A DNA stretch of 64,000 nt from Eledone cirrhosa (Eukaryota). Positions 25,268 through 38,814 of this stretch are shown in pieces. Below the pieces are notes generated by a model. That model saw nothing but the letters and a program-made list of their open reading frames with translations, searched no databases and was not told where the DNA came from. The first letter of the stretch is position 1. Each line of letters starts with the position of its first letter. The stretch is taken from NCBI GenBank assembly GCA_964016885.1, contig OZ024741.1:182342001-182406000 (forward strand), in the 5' to 3' direction. Made by a program: the position numbers and the translations under genes.

Positions 25268-26050
25268 TATTGAGAGATTCTAGGTGTCGACGAGAACGAA
25301 CTAGCCAGTCTCTTTCGGAGGACTTTCGAGCCGGGGCCTATGGACAATTTGCAGAAATCTTTAGCTTGGCCGGTTCGAGACAAACTATCAAGACAGGGAA
25401 GTACCGCCAGACGGAGCTGTCCGACGAAACCGTTCTGTCTGCACAAACTCGTCCAGTGTCCGTGAATTACTGACTTGTGGTATTTTGTCGAACAGCTATT
25501 ATCGCGTGTATGACGGAACCGGCTATCTGTCGTCTCAATCATGAAGATCGCCTCACCACCTTCTTTTGACCGGGAATGGCAGGCATTTTTCCTCCGTCTG
25601 GTGGCTGTGATAAACGAGATTGTGTGGTGGACACGACAGAAAGGCCTGAAGACAGACACTTTCTTCTTCGACTAAACCCTCATCGACTGTTTCAAGTCCC
25701 ACATGGAAAGGAATGTGAGTGTGAAGAGTAATGTGTTTCCCATTACATTTGTTAAAAGGTGGGTGAATGTAGCGAGGATGGCCCGAGTGAATGGGCCTAC
25801 TCTCAGTATGCACCTATAGGCTTGAGAGTTCAGAGGGGAGAGGAGCACCTCCCTATCTTGCACTTGGTGATTAGGGTAGTTTCAGGTCTGTGGGGTTCCT
25901 AAAATACATTTGGGTGCTGCTTTTCACTATTGAGGAGATTGTGTTGTTATTAATTTATTGTTAGTCGTTGCCTGTTTTCCTTTTTTTATACTTTCTATGT
26001 AAACCCATACTGTCCTTGTTCAATTGTATTATCCTTTATATTTCGGCCCT
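25268..26050 (+). mobile_element. Tx1/L1-family LINE 3' end (second copy)
   Basis: LGVDENELASLFRRTFEPGPMDNLQKSLAW matches the end of ORF 51192-52775. Continues through the C-terminus and 3' UTR. Confidence 0.75.
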
Positions 26051-26577
26051 ACTGACCACAACCCAAAGAATTATTTGGGTCTTGGATTAATAGAATCTTT
26101 AGCGCGCCTGGGTGGCTGTTACAGCGGGTGTCATTGGCCATCTTCCGAGGGAATGCTTTTGCCGTCTTGTCCGCGAGGCACAGCACTCCTGCCCACTTGC
26201 CTTGGGCCCAGGGCCCAATCATCCTCCCCCTCACTCCCCTCTCTTCTGCGACGCCGGAGCTCTAGCCGTCCCCTCCCTTTCCCGTTCTTTTTTCTTTCTT
26301 TTCCTCTTTTTTTCTGCGTTTCCCTGTTCTCTCTTTCCCTTTGCTTCCCCTTTTCTTATTTTTTCTTACTAAATAAGGTTTGTTTTTTTCACGAGATGTT
26401 AATAAGAATCTGATAATTTCAATTGTTGCTTCTCTGCAAGACGGTGATGCTTGGCTTGGTAGGAAGAACTGTTGGTACCATCCCGTATTCCTAGTTTGCC
26501 AACAATAAATTTTCAATAATTGTGAGAAAAAAAAGAAGCCTATTAGTATTTGGTTACAGTTCATTATATACTGAGTT

Positions 26578-27095
26578 TAAGGGCGGTGGATTGGCAGTAT
26601 AGAGTTACGGCCCTTTATGATCTGAGTTCAAATCCCGCCGAGGTTAGCTTTGCCTTTCATCCTCATGGGGTTGATAAAATAAAGTACCAGTCAGGCACTG
26701 GGTTTGATTTAATCGACTTTTCCCTCCGCTAAGATTGCTGGCCTTGTGCCTATATAAGAAACCATTATATATTAAGGGCGGTGGATTGGCAGTATCGGTA
26801 GAAGGTCGGACGCCATGCTTCGACGCATAGAGTTACGGCCCTTGCCATTCTGAGTTCAAATCCCGCTGAGGTTAACTTTGCCTTTCATCCTTACGGGGTC
26901 GATAAAATAAAGTACCAGTAATGTACTGGGTAATTGCTGGCCTTGTGCCAAAAGTAGAAACCATTATATACTAAGTTTGAAACCTGCTGAGGTCAACTTT
27001 GCCTTTCATTCTTCCAGTGTTGATAAAACCAAGTCACGGTCAAGTACAGCAGTGATGTAATCGAGTTACCCTTAAACCCAAATTACTAGCCTATT
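26578..27095 (+). mobile_element. Tandem cluster of three SINE family A copies
   Basis: Head GGGCGGTGGATTGGCAGTATCGG (box A-like) and GAGTTCAAATCC (box B), plus repeated core. Confidence 0.88.
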
Positions 27096-27744
27096 ATTAT
27101 TGCTATTTTTTTTTTTTTATATTTTTGCTCGTAACAGTTCTGGCAATCAAACGTGCGGGATAATAAGGAATTTAGTGGAAATAATTATAATGTAAATAAA
27201 CAAGGAATCAGGTTATGTGCGAAACGTAACTAATACTTATGTAGAAATGATGTTGTTGTTGTTGTTGTTGTTGTTGTTCTTGGAGCAGTTGCTGTTGTTG
27301 TTATAGTTGTTGTTACACTCATACTCACACATACATACGTACATACATACATACGTACATACATACGTACGTACGTACATACATACATACATACATACAT
27401 ACATACATACATACATACATACATACATACATACATACATACATACATACATACGTACGTACATACATACGTACATATATACATACATACAAATGAATGT
27501 ACATATATACATGTTAAAGTAGCATTTGAAAGTCTGTTATAACTTAACTAACTACTGGGACATCTGCCAGAATGTTGGTGATATAAACAAGGAAGCTATC
27601 TTTCTCGTATCGTTTGGTAAACATTTGTAGAAAGAACAGAAATTCATGAATAAGTTCGGGGCTTTAAAAAACACAGCCCTCACCCACCCCAACAAAAGAA
27701 AGGAAAAAAGAGCTGTATCCTATCTCTTCGAGGAAGTAACAACG

Positions 27745-28605
27745 ATAATGGTTTCTGATTTAGGCACAAGGCCAACATTTTAAGGGGTAAGTTGATTATA
27801 TCGACTCCAGTGCGTTACTGGTACTTAATTTTTATCGACCTCGTAAGGAGGAAATGCAAAACTAATCTCAGCAGGATTTGAACTTAGAACGTAGCGAGCC
27901 AGAAAAAATACAACAATTCTACTAACCTACAGCCTTCGAAATAATTGTTTCTACTTTAGGCACAAGGCCAGCAATTACCTAGTGCATTACAGGTACTTTA
28001 TTTTATCGACCCCCGTGAGGATGAAAGGCAAAATCAACCTCGGCGGGATTTGAACTCAGATCGTAAAGGGACGTAACTCTATGCTGGAAAGCATGGCGTC
28101 CGACCCCCTACCGATACTGCCAATCCTACAGCCTTCGAAATAATGATAATAATAATGATTTCTACTTTTGGCACAAGGCCAGCAATTTAAAGGGAGGGGA
28201 AAGTCGATTAAATCGACATCAGTGAATTACTGGTACTTAATTTTATTGACCTCGTAAGGCAAAGCTAGCCTCATAAGGCAAAGCTAACCTCGGCGGGATT
28301 TGAACTCAGAATATAAAGGGGCGTAACTCTATGTCGCTAATCATGTTATCCGACGCTATACCGATACTGCTAATCTACCTTACTAGTGATAATTGTTTCT
28401 ACTTTGGGCACAAGGCCAGCAATTTAAAGGTAAGGGGGAAAGTCGATTAAATCGACCCCAGTGCGTTACTTGTACTTTATTTTATCGACCACGTAAAGAT
28501 GAAAGGCTAAGCTAACCTCGGCGGGATTTGAAACCAGAACATAATGGGCCGTAACTCTATGCCACGAAGCATAGTGTCCGACGTTTTACCAATACTGGCA
28601 ATGAT
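27745..28605 (-). mobile_element. Tandem cluster of four SINE family A copies
   Basis: TTTCTACTTT(T/A/G)GGCACAAGGCC starts recur at about 27751, 27948, 28159 and 28395. Confidence 0.88.
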
Positions 28606-28839
28606 AATAATAATTTCTTTATTAGCCATACAGGGCTCACATTAAAAAAAAAAACATTAAAGGACGATACAGGACGATACAATGTGTGACTTAGTGTGTT
28701 AATATATTAACAAAAACAATGAAAACTGTAAAATTTAAACAAAAACAAAATCTCCCATATGGGGAAACTACCGGGTCACTCGTGGGGAAAGCCCACTAAA
28801 AACCACAATCATCTTGATTTCCCAGTTTTCCTTCTCCAA

Positions 28840-29985
28840 TTTACAAGTGTATACTCGCTTGATCTAGTATTGCAGCTCCGTCAATGATACGAGCTGAGGG
28901 AAACGTGTGTAGCAAACGGTGACTACATATGTTCACTGTCAAGGAAATGTTGGATATGTAGCCTCAGTGCATGTTTGCGTATAAGCAGCCACGGCATGAC
29001 CAGTCTTCCACGCAAATAGACCACGCGTGCCTTCCTCAAAAAAGCGAGAGAGAAAACGCTCCTGTGCAGTCAGTCGTAGACCAGGACAAGATATGACGGT
29101 TATGCGATAGTAGATGACGGACGCGAAGTACACGTTCGCCGTCTCTGCCAGACCTTTCTGAGTGAAAGTGGCAACCCTGTTCGTTACCTCGTCCCAGCTT
29201 TTGTCTATTTGGAGGTCTGGACTAAACCAGACACCGATAAATTTAACCTGTCCGTCCATCCAGCGCCAGACGCCACTATTGAATGGTATGGCCCTGTCTC
29301 TCCTGGTGCCGAGCTGCTGGGCCACCATCTTTTCTTGAATAATTGTCGCTGCTATAATCACTTTGTACTCCACGAAAGCGGTGCCGATCATCTCAATGTG
29401 TTTGATGTTCGACACTACTACTGTTATGTCGTCGGCATATGCTTACAGGAATTTTCTACATCCTAGTTCGAGCGGGTCGCCTCTCAGCTTCTCCAATTGA
29501 CTCGAGAGTCAATACATAAGACGAAAAGGGACAACCTTGGCAGACCGAGCACATGATGTTGAACGGTTTAGAGAGGTGACCGCTCACTCTGACTACAAAG
29601 CAGATATCGCTGTGTATTGCAATGGCCCAGTCTCTGAAAACGCGTCCGAAGCTGGCTGCTTTGAGGACTATCACCTGGTACCGATACTACACCATCTCGA
29701 AAGCTTTCGATTGGTCTAAATTGATTAGGACCCGACCCGTGTCGGGTTCCTTAAGCACCCTCTCAATCATGTATCACATAAGCTGGAGGTTGTCGGGATC
29801 TCTTCGGGATAGTGCATGTTTGCACCTCCCTTACCAGACACTCGACAAGCACCAACCTCGTCGATAACACCTTGGCCAAAAGTTTGAACCTTTAGCAGAG
29901 TTATGGGCCTAAAATTATCAATATAGTTCCCCCTGTTCGGGCCTTTCTCAGAGCGCCACCGCTCCTCGGCTCACAGAACTGGGAG
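28840..29985 (-). pseudogene. Tx1/L1-family RT fragment
   Basis: LDQSKAF, CQGCPFSSYVLTLE, AYADD, GVWFSPDLQIDKSWDEVTNRVA. Paralogous to 51192-52775. Confidence 0.85.
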
Positions 29986-32665
29986 TAATACTTTAATAAA
30001 TAATGATTTTCATATCACGAAGGCAATACAATTGTTGGGGAAGCAATCGACTTAATCGACCTTACTAGTTGACGCATTTATTTTATCGGTCTGGAAAGGA
30101 TGAAAGATAAAGTAGGCCTTGGCGACATTTAAAAGGCGAACGTTAAAAGACAAACAAATATCACCACCACCATTACCATCATCATCATCGTCATCATCAG
30201 CAGCAGCAGCACCAGGTATCGTCTGCTTTCAGCAGATTGAATAATATGGATTGCTGTAAAGCTATATATCATTTACTGCCGTTGTGGAAATGATGTGACT
30301 CCAATCCCTTTCATAATGTCTGGTAAGCCACCGCAGGAGTTGAAATAACAATATGAAGAGCAGGAGCAAATGTTCTAATGATTTTACCAATCTACCACCC
30401 TTTGACTTGTACTTTGTTTATCGACCCAGAAATGATGAAAAGCAAAGTTAACATCAGAATGATTTGAACTCAGAAAGTAAAGAAACGTAACTAAATTCCA
30501 GAAGACATTTAATCCGGCGCTCTACCGATTCTGCCAATCCACCACATATTTGATTTCCAACATAGTATCAATGCCTCCAATTTAGTGGGGAGCGTGAGGT
30601 TAAGATAATCGGCTTCAGTACTTGTCTAGTAGTTTATTTTAATGCCTTTAGAAGGAGGAAAATCAAAGTTGATCATGTCGGTATTTCAACTATATTGTGA
30701 AAGTCATTTTCTACAAACTACGCAGATAGAAGCGGTATATTTCTTTTTGCTGATAACCTTTCATGTGTATTTCTTTATATTTATAAGGGGGTATTTTTCG
30801 ATCCTTAGTAGTTTAAACGAGGATCCTTGTGTAGATAGAACCGGTATATTTCCTCCTGCTGATAACCGTTCACGTGTATTTTTTTATATTTGTACGGGGA
30901 TATTTTTCGCCCCTTAATAGTAGTTTGTAAGAGAGTTAACCAGAATAAACAAAAATACGTGTACAGTTATTGCCAGGAAGGAATCTACAGGTTGATTTGA
31001 TGTTCCTTATAGTAGATGATTTTCACAACTAAGTGATCTTGGTAATGGATTTTGTTGATAGGTTGGACCATCCCGCACCCGCCATCAACATATCCCCAGA
31101 AACACAGGATACCTGATTATTAGACAAATGTCATTCCACTGACAATGTCTCAGGTTATGATGTTCTCCAATAGAATTGCTGAAGTAAAACCAGCAAACAG
31201 AACTTTAACCTGGGAACTTCTACTCTGCAAACTCTGAATATACACCTCAGGTCCCTTTGTTCTGAATTCTACACCAAACTCCTCCTCACCTCTGTTTCCT
31301 TTATTAAGATTATCCATAATTTTTTTTTTTTACTTCTCCCTACTTTTTCACCCCACATTTCTCACCACACCATTTCCCTCTCGTCTCTCTCGCCCACTTC
31401 ATCCACCCTACATCACTTTTTTACTTTATTCCGTTCTTTGTGTTTTTTTTTATTTTGCAGCCAACACAGAGACACTATTTGTCTTCTTCACTCTCAGTCT
31501 AAAAATTAGTGTCCAAGACGTTAGACTCTTCAACACTCACGATAATTAAACCCTTCTATGGACTAATTGTTGTCAATGTAGATCATCACCAGTTTCCTAT
31601 GATTCCGGATTTTACTCTGCATCTTGGATAGTTTCATATTCCATCTTTTATCTCGTGCGTACCAGATTTGTTGCATTGCTTTTCCTGTAGAGTATATCTA
31701 GAACAAGTATCCACCTTCGATTTTTTTACCAAGCCAAAAACTTCTGAACGAATTTGTAAAAACCTTTCTGGTTTAGTCAGAGGAAAAATGACTGCCCAAT
31801 ATCTTTCTCACTGGTGATGGAAAACGAAGGAAGAAACCAAAGTACCGGATATCGAAGCATCCCCAGAACGGAGAACTGTGCGCAAATACTTGTAACAGAG
31901 TCACTCCTCCTAATGTTCCCAAGTGCCGGAGAGGGCGGGGGGGGGGGGGGGGGGGGTTAAACCAGGTGACCGATTGTCTATTAGCTAAATTCTGAATTAT
32001 TACAGAAAAGACCAGACATAGATCCTCTCTTAACATCCAGAACTTTGTAAAGTATCATAGTTCTTATGTTTATTACAAATACTCTATAGCGTTCGAGGGT
32101 TAACAAACGTCAAATAGATGTTTGAAAGGCAACTTACATTGTTGTAAATGCTGTATACGAAATATATATACTGTTTGGGAATCTCTCAAGTGATGTATAA
32201 TGAACACAGAGCTGTGATTTATGATAATTAAAAATAATATAATCGTGTGCAATAACAATGCACCAATGTTATGCAACAAAAACAAAATTAAGTCTGTATT
32301 CGTAGAATAATGGGAAGAACTCAACGCAAGGAAGCTGTTAAAAGAGAAAAATGGCGTCAATGACAGTGTTGAGTAAAATTTACCTCAAAGGATAGAAATC
32401 AGCGGCTAGAAGTGTGTTGACCCACAGAATTGATAGAAAGAGAGGAGAAAAGGAAGAAAATGAATGAGAGAAGAGCACACAAACATTTAAGTACACTCAT
32501 CAGTTTTTATACACATTAATACATCTGTATTTATGTGTATATGTTGTGTGTGTATGCGTCCATGCGTGTTCACGTGCGCGTGTGTGCTCCTACATAACTG
32601 TAAGTTTTATAAAAGTAAGTAATTTTAAAGTGATTCATATAGCATATAAAAACAACGTCTATTTG

Positions 32666-35600
32666 CAAGGGCGAATTGGGACTTAAAATCGGCCCTATAA
32701 ACAAAATTAAATAAATGTTTTTTTGAAAAAGAATGTTTTTTAAAAGAAAACAATTTACACAAAGCAGTTAAAAGGTCAAATTTTTCTTAAGGAGGTCACT
32801 GTTTTCAGCGACTTTGTCAATAACATCCTGGCAGTCCACCTGACTAAGCACATCTTTTTCTACACACATGAGCATGAGAGCATCCAAATGCTTTTCAGTT
32901 AGTGTACTTCTTAGACGGTTCTTCACAAACTTCAAAGTTGAGAAGGAACATTCACAGGCAACTTGCGTCATTGATAGAGTCAGCATCAATTTATAAGCTA
33001 ATCCTATTAGTCCATACGCATCAGTCAAAAGGTTGTAAGCCTGCAGAGTCTGATAAACGCATACTGCATAAATTTTACAACGCTTACAAACCGTTGAAAC
33101 CACTTGCTCACCTTCATCTTCATCATCATATTGTCTGGCAGTGACAGCAGCATTTTCTTCAGGAAGTCCTTTGCGAAGGCTGCTCCATTTTTTTTGCAAG
33201 ATTAATCAGTTCAAGTTGTAAGTTCTCTTTCGTTCGTTGTACTCGGTTCAAAACGAAGAAGTAGGCTACTCAATGTTTCCAATGCATCCTGAGGCAGACA
33301 GGTGGCTATATCACTAAAATTCAGTGGCGATAAACATGCCATATCTCTGTAAATTGAACCATTCGATTCAAATCTCGATTTCAAGCTTTGGACTACTTGA
33401 TCTGTGATCTTACTATGTAGAATCACAGTAAAATCACAGTATCATCAGCTAGTTCAGTTAGTGCATCATACACAGGGCCAAGCTGGTAACGCAGAGGCTT
33501 CAATGCGTCAATACGACTCTCCCATCGTGTATCACTCAAACGTTTTACTGTTAGAGTTGGCACGTTTCATCAAAACTTCCCAACGATAGGTTGCGCTTGA
33601 AAAAAACACATAAATATGTTGCAATATATCAAAGAAACGAGTGGCCTCTAGACAACATTTTGCTGCATCATTCACAACTAAATTTAGTGAATGGCTACTG
33701 CAAGGAACAAAGAAGGCACCAGGATTAAGGTCTAGAATTCTTATTTGAACTCCACTATGTTTGCCTTTCATGTTGCTCCCGTTATCATAGCCTCGTCCAA
33801 GTATATTTATCATAGGTAACCCGAGTTCTTCCAATTTTTGTAGAAGACATTCAGACATAAATGCACCAGTAGTTTCCTTCAGTTTAATAAATGTCAAAAA
33901 ATGTTCACGAATCTTGACTTCATCCATTCGCATATCAATGAATCTTATTACCAATGTCATTTGTTCTGTGTGACTTACATCTAGTATAATTGAAAAATAT
34001 TTAGCTGATTGACAGGACTATTTCATGTATAAAATAGCATTTGACAATAGCTGTATCAGTTCATTTTGCATTTATTTACCAAGGTAATGTATATGGGTTT
34101 CATTATCTCTAATTCTTCTCAAGTGTTCTTTCATTATTGGATCAAACAGAGCAAGATATTCTACAAACTTAAGAAGGTTTCCATTTCCAGCAGTAAACAG
34201 TTTATCAACAGATCCTCTGAAGGCTAAATTTTGTCCACCAAGTGTCCGAACTAAAGCTAATAAACGTTCTAAAATATGTCTCCAATATTGTTCTTCTTGT
34301 TTTATTAGACGAGCATTTTCCTCATCAATTGTTGCATTTCTGTTTAATCGCAAATCCAATTCTTTCCAGTTATTAAAGTTTTCAAAATGTTCAGTTGATT
34401 TTTCATGAGATGATAGTATAGCTGACATATTTTTCCAATCTGCAGATCCATGTACTGCAAGAGTTGATAGACTAGCTATTTTTTTACTAAACAATTTACA
34501 GCAAAAGCAGAACACACGGTCTTGTAATACTGAATATTGTAACCAATTACGATTAATTTCTTCACCATTAATTAACTTTCTAGTATAATGAATGTTTGAA
34601 AATTTTCTCAGATTCTTATCTTTAGGAAACTTTATATTTTTAACTTGTTCCGGTCCATGTTGAACTAGTAGCCTTCTAACATTATCATTACACTTTTTTT
34701 GCCAGGTGGCAGGATCACTGTAACTTAGAATTAAAACTTCATTTTCGATTGATCCATCATCCTTACACTCTGTTTCTGAATGTTCATGTCTTTCATCAAA
34801 GATATCTTCATTTCCTGGCTGTATGATACTTACATCATAGAATTCATCAATAGAAACAGAAATAGAGTTATTTTCATCATCATCATCACCTTCAGTCTCT
34901 CTCCCTTTGCAAAGGTATTTTAGAAATGATCCTTTTTGCTTTGCAAGTTCCCTTTCTTTTTCAAGTTTGCGTTTGCGATACTGAGCACCAGATGGTTGTT
35001 TACTGTCTGCCATGCTAAAAAAATAATAGTTTAGTGCAATATGATATACTAAAAAATAACTTGTCCTTATTCCTAACCTCATCCCTAAATGAATTATTTA
35101 TATCATCTGAGAAAAAGAATTATTTTTTAACAAATTATTATTAAGCCATATTAATTTAAATTATATTATTTTATATATATTAAATAAAAATTTTAATATG
35201 GGAAATTATAATTAAAAAAATAAAGTACATGAACTTCAATACATTTATAGAAAATTGCCATTGTAGTGAATGAACCATAACATCCAATATAGTATATTAG
35301 CCAGTATAGAAAATGCGTGGTTTGGGTTATTTTACTATCTTGTTTGACTCCAAATTAGAAATAGTATCAGAAGGCTTTAGGCTGCGTTAAACGTTAATTG
35401 TATTGGAACAACAAAATCTAGTCAAAGTATTTTTGAACATATATTTATTGTATAAACGTATTCTCCAAGTGTGTTTACAGATGTCATCAAAGAAATACAT
35501 ATTTGTGTGGCAAAGTTTATAAGGTGTATGCGTAGGATACAAGATTACCTTGGTTAGTTGTTGACAGTTTGTAGACATCGTATTTTCTATATGAATGTTA

Positions 35601-36253
35601 CATAGAGATTTGTTGGGTTATAGTCGAAACCAAGTCGTTCGGTGAGGACAACAGATTATCCCGTGTTCTCGTTTGAGAACTATCTGTTGAACGAAATACA
35701 TGTTGGGAACTACTAATATGCGTGTCTTCCAGTGTTAAGACTTTCTGTTGCACTGAAGATCCGCGTCTGGTCGCGATTGGTCAGTTTGTCAGTAAGGTCA
35801 ATCAGTGTGAAAATCAGCAGCAACCAATATTCCGAGAATTCGCAAGTTGTCAGTTTCTACGAATTGGAGGGAGAATTTATGTACGCTACACATTAAAATA
35901 AAATAAGTTATTATTGTAATTTTTAATAAAAATAACTATTGTAAATAACTTTTTAATAATTATTATATCATAACACGTTTTTCATTTGTAGTATTTTTTA
36001 AAGTTGTAATATTTTATTGCGCCCCTCTAAATCCTGCGCCCTAGGCAAGCGCCTAATTCGCCTAACAGTAGCGCCGGCCCTGCCAATGACCATGCTACAC
36101 AACATAGTACTAACATTCTTCGGCATGCAGGCAGGCAGGCCACACTGCAAGCTGCAGTGTCAGTGACCAAAATATTCTTAAAAATTTCCGGCCCTCTGGC
36201 ACACCGGCCGTTCTGGCATTTTCCCGGTTGCCCGATAGGCCAATCTGCCAGTG
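32666..36253 (-). mobile_element. hAT-Tip100 / ZMYM1-like DNA transposon
   Basis: Terminal sequences CAAGGGCGAATTGGGAC (32666) and reverse-complement CACTGGCAGATTGGCC (36253) resemble Tip100-type ends and enclose the transposase. No clean TSD. Confidence 0.7.
32768..35013 (-). pseudogene. hAT transposase pseudogene (ZnF_TTF, DUF4371-like, catalytic and C-terminal dimerisation domains)
   Basis: RNWLQYSVLQDRVFCFCCKLF, LAFRG...NGNLLKFVEYLALFDP, GRGYDNGSNMKG, FVPCSSHSLNLVVND, TQVACECSFSTLKFVKNRLRSTL. Broken by stops, frameshifts and deletion. Confidence 0.88.
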
Positions 36254-36589
36254 TTTGGTTGCAGTATGAGATTAACCTACGTCGCATCTACTTAGCACCA
36301 TTTTTAAAGGATACTCATAGTGTAACAAGTGCTATAAAACAACCATTTATAGAGTATTGTGAAAATGAAATTAAATTGTGATTTCGTTTGTTAAAACATA
36401 ATGTTATTTCAGTGGTAACTACAGTGTAATAAGTTATATTGACTGAATAGCATATCATTGAGCTGGTTGAATTAAAAACAGTAATAAATAGATTACAAAT
36501 AAAGACCTCAATATTGCAAGTAAGAGAAAGTTGATAGTTAAAGTGAGAACGCAGGGAACAAACTGAAATACACAAACACACTCTCTTTA

Positions 36590-37275
36590 TCACACACATT
36601 GAACAGAGTCTGATTTACAGCCTTGGGTCCTGTTCCCCTCATGGACTCAACTCCCCTCCCCAATTTCTTTAATACCCCGTCCATTATTACACACGCGCTT
36701 GTACATTCATATACTCTTACAGCTAATACAGACCAACAAAATACGCACACTCCACTTTTCCTTTCACAGCTCTGTATTTATATATACACACACACTTATA
36801 TTAACATACTGTTGCTCATATCTTCGTACTTACAAGCACACACACTATTTTACTTACATATACACACACATATCTTCTTAGCTTCGTATAACTCACACAC
36901 ACAGACACACACACGCATACTCACGTGCACAAGCATAGCTCTATATACAAAACGTTTTTTTTTTCATTTCAGGTAGACGCGCTCCATCATCCACTTTTCT
37001 AAAAATAATAGATCATACAAAAACGCCAGCATCAACAGTTTTCCAACAGATATCAGCATGAATGGACCTCTTATTTTTATCTAAAGACATTTTTTTCCAA
37101 TTCCACCCCACCCGTCCCTTCAATCGATCTTATTTCTCATTCTTCCTTCTGATGAAGGACTAGTCTCCGAAATGTTAAGACCCTCTCTCTTCCTGCTATT
37201 TCAAGCGCTAACCTAATATATTCCTTCCATATACTGTATCGATTGGGTTGTTATTTCTGTTTACCTTTTACATAT
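36590..37275 (+). mobile_element. 5'-truncated copy of the Penelope-like element at 19972-23280 (EN C-terminus, 3' UTR, pLTR)
   Basis: EQSLIYSLGSCSPHGLN. 36920-37275 matches the reverse complement of 19972-20320. Hammerhead-like CTGATGAAGGACTAGTCTCCGAAATGTTAAG; ends at (TA)n. Confidence 0.88.
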
Positions 37276-37299
37276 ATCAATATATATATATATATATAT

Positions 37300-37678
37300 A
37301 TGGAGGAAGTTATAGTTCACTTGAAGCATTGTGTAATGAGGTATAAATGTTTGTATTTGTAAAGCCAAAACAATGCAGGTATGGCTATAGAATATAAATG
37401 CAAATGCAAAAGATATTGTTGACAATTAGTCTTTTACCTTAAATTTATTTAAATGTCCTTAATTTTCGAGATAATATCTCTTCTTCGGAAGGAAGTAAAG
37501 TGGTTAAACCAGTGTTCTAAATAGCTTGCCAAGTCATGACACAGAAGAGATATTATCTCGAAAATTAAGGACATTTAAATAAATTTAAGGTAAAAGACTA
37601 ATTGTCAACAATATCTTTTGCATTTGCATTTATATTCTATGTCCATACCTGCATTGTTTTGGCTTTACAAATACAAAC

Positions 37679-37682
<4 letters not shown>
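37300..37682. mobile_element. Second copy of the 7205-7585 fold-back element
   Basis: Same leader GGAGGAAGTTATAGTTCACTTGAAGCATTG, same arms and a similar loop. Flanked by (TA)n. Confidence 0.85.
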
Positions 37683-37777
<95 letters not shown>

Positions 37778-37916
37778 GTGTACATATACGTAGCATTTTC
37801 CTGAATTTTCAGGCCACAAACGCTACCATACGCTAGTGTACACAATGATAGCGGATAAATATTTAAATTCACTTATGGAAATGAAGGAAACAAAATGTCT
37901 GGAGCAGATGACGGAC

Positions 37917-38024
37917 GAAGAAGAAGAAGAAAAAGAAGAAGAAGAAGAAGAAGAAGAAGAAGAAGAAGAAGAAGAAGAAGAAGAAGAAGAAGAAGAAGAA
38001 GAAGAAGAAGAAGAAGAAGAAGAA
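37917..38024 (+). repeat. (GAA)n microsatellite
   Basis: About 35 GAA units. Confidence 0.95.
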
Positions 38025-38092
38025 ATGCGTGTGTTTATCCGCAGGTGTGTATGGGTTATAAATGAAAAAAAGCTTCATAAAATAACAAATAT

Positions 38093-38154
<62 letters not shown>

Positions 38155-38368
38155 CCATATGTAGAAAAAGAGAGAGGGAATACATGCACGTGTGTGATAG
38201 TTAGATAGATAGATAGTTAGATTTAAAAAGTCAAAATAAACATACACAAACATTCACTCAGGCATACATACATACACCACCAGACAACCCCTTAAGCAAA
38301 CCCTAAAAGACACGCGCACAGTTTCAGACACACCCTCAAGCACATCCTGAACCACACGCTTATGCTCA

Positions 38369-38455
<87 letters not shown>

Positions 38456-38583
38456 TCACACACACTCACACACATTCATATACAAATAAGTGATAATAAA
38501 AGCATGAATGTGTGAATACAACGGTAACAAAGTCTTGGATGAGGATATAGACGATGAGAAGAAAGAATGGCATGATGGGAAGG

Positions 38584-38680
<97 letters not shown>

Positions 38681-38777
38681 TTGTACAAAAATAAAAACCT
38701 ATTGCTGTCACTAACAAATTTAGTCAACAAACTTTGTCGTGTCGCTTTGCAGTGCAAAGAGCGACGACTTAGTTAAA

Positions 38778-38814
38778 ATGGCGGCCGTTGATAAAATGCT
38801 GTTAAAGCTCCACG
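38778..38814 (+). CDS. Possible first coding exon of a host gene (MAAVDKMLLKLH...), unverified
   Basis: AAAATGGCGGCC (strong start context / YY1-like motif) in a CpG-containing non-repetitive patch, followed by a possible donor G|GTATAT. No downstream exon identified. Confidence 0.25.

Noticed and set aside
26775-26870. tRNA gene
   Set aside because: Box A/B-like motifs belong to a SINE head. There is no complete cloverleaf, and it is followed by the SINE body.
32658-32665. 8-bp TSD for the Tip100-like element (TCTATTTG versus TTTGGTTG at 36254)
   Set aside because: Only a partial match; not accepted as evidence.
37836-38204. Poly-Glu ORF
   Set aside because: A (GAA)n microsatellite joined to (CA)n/(TA)n, with no other coding signal.
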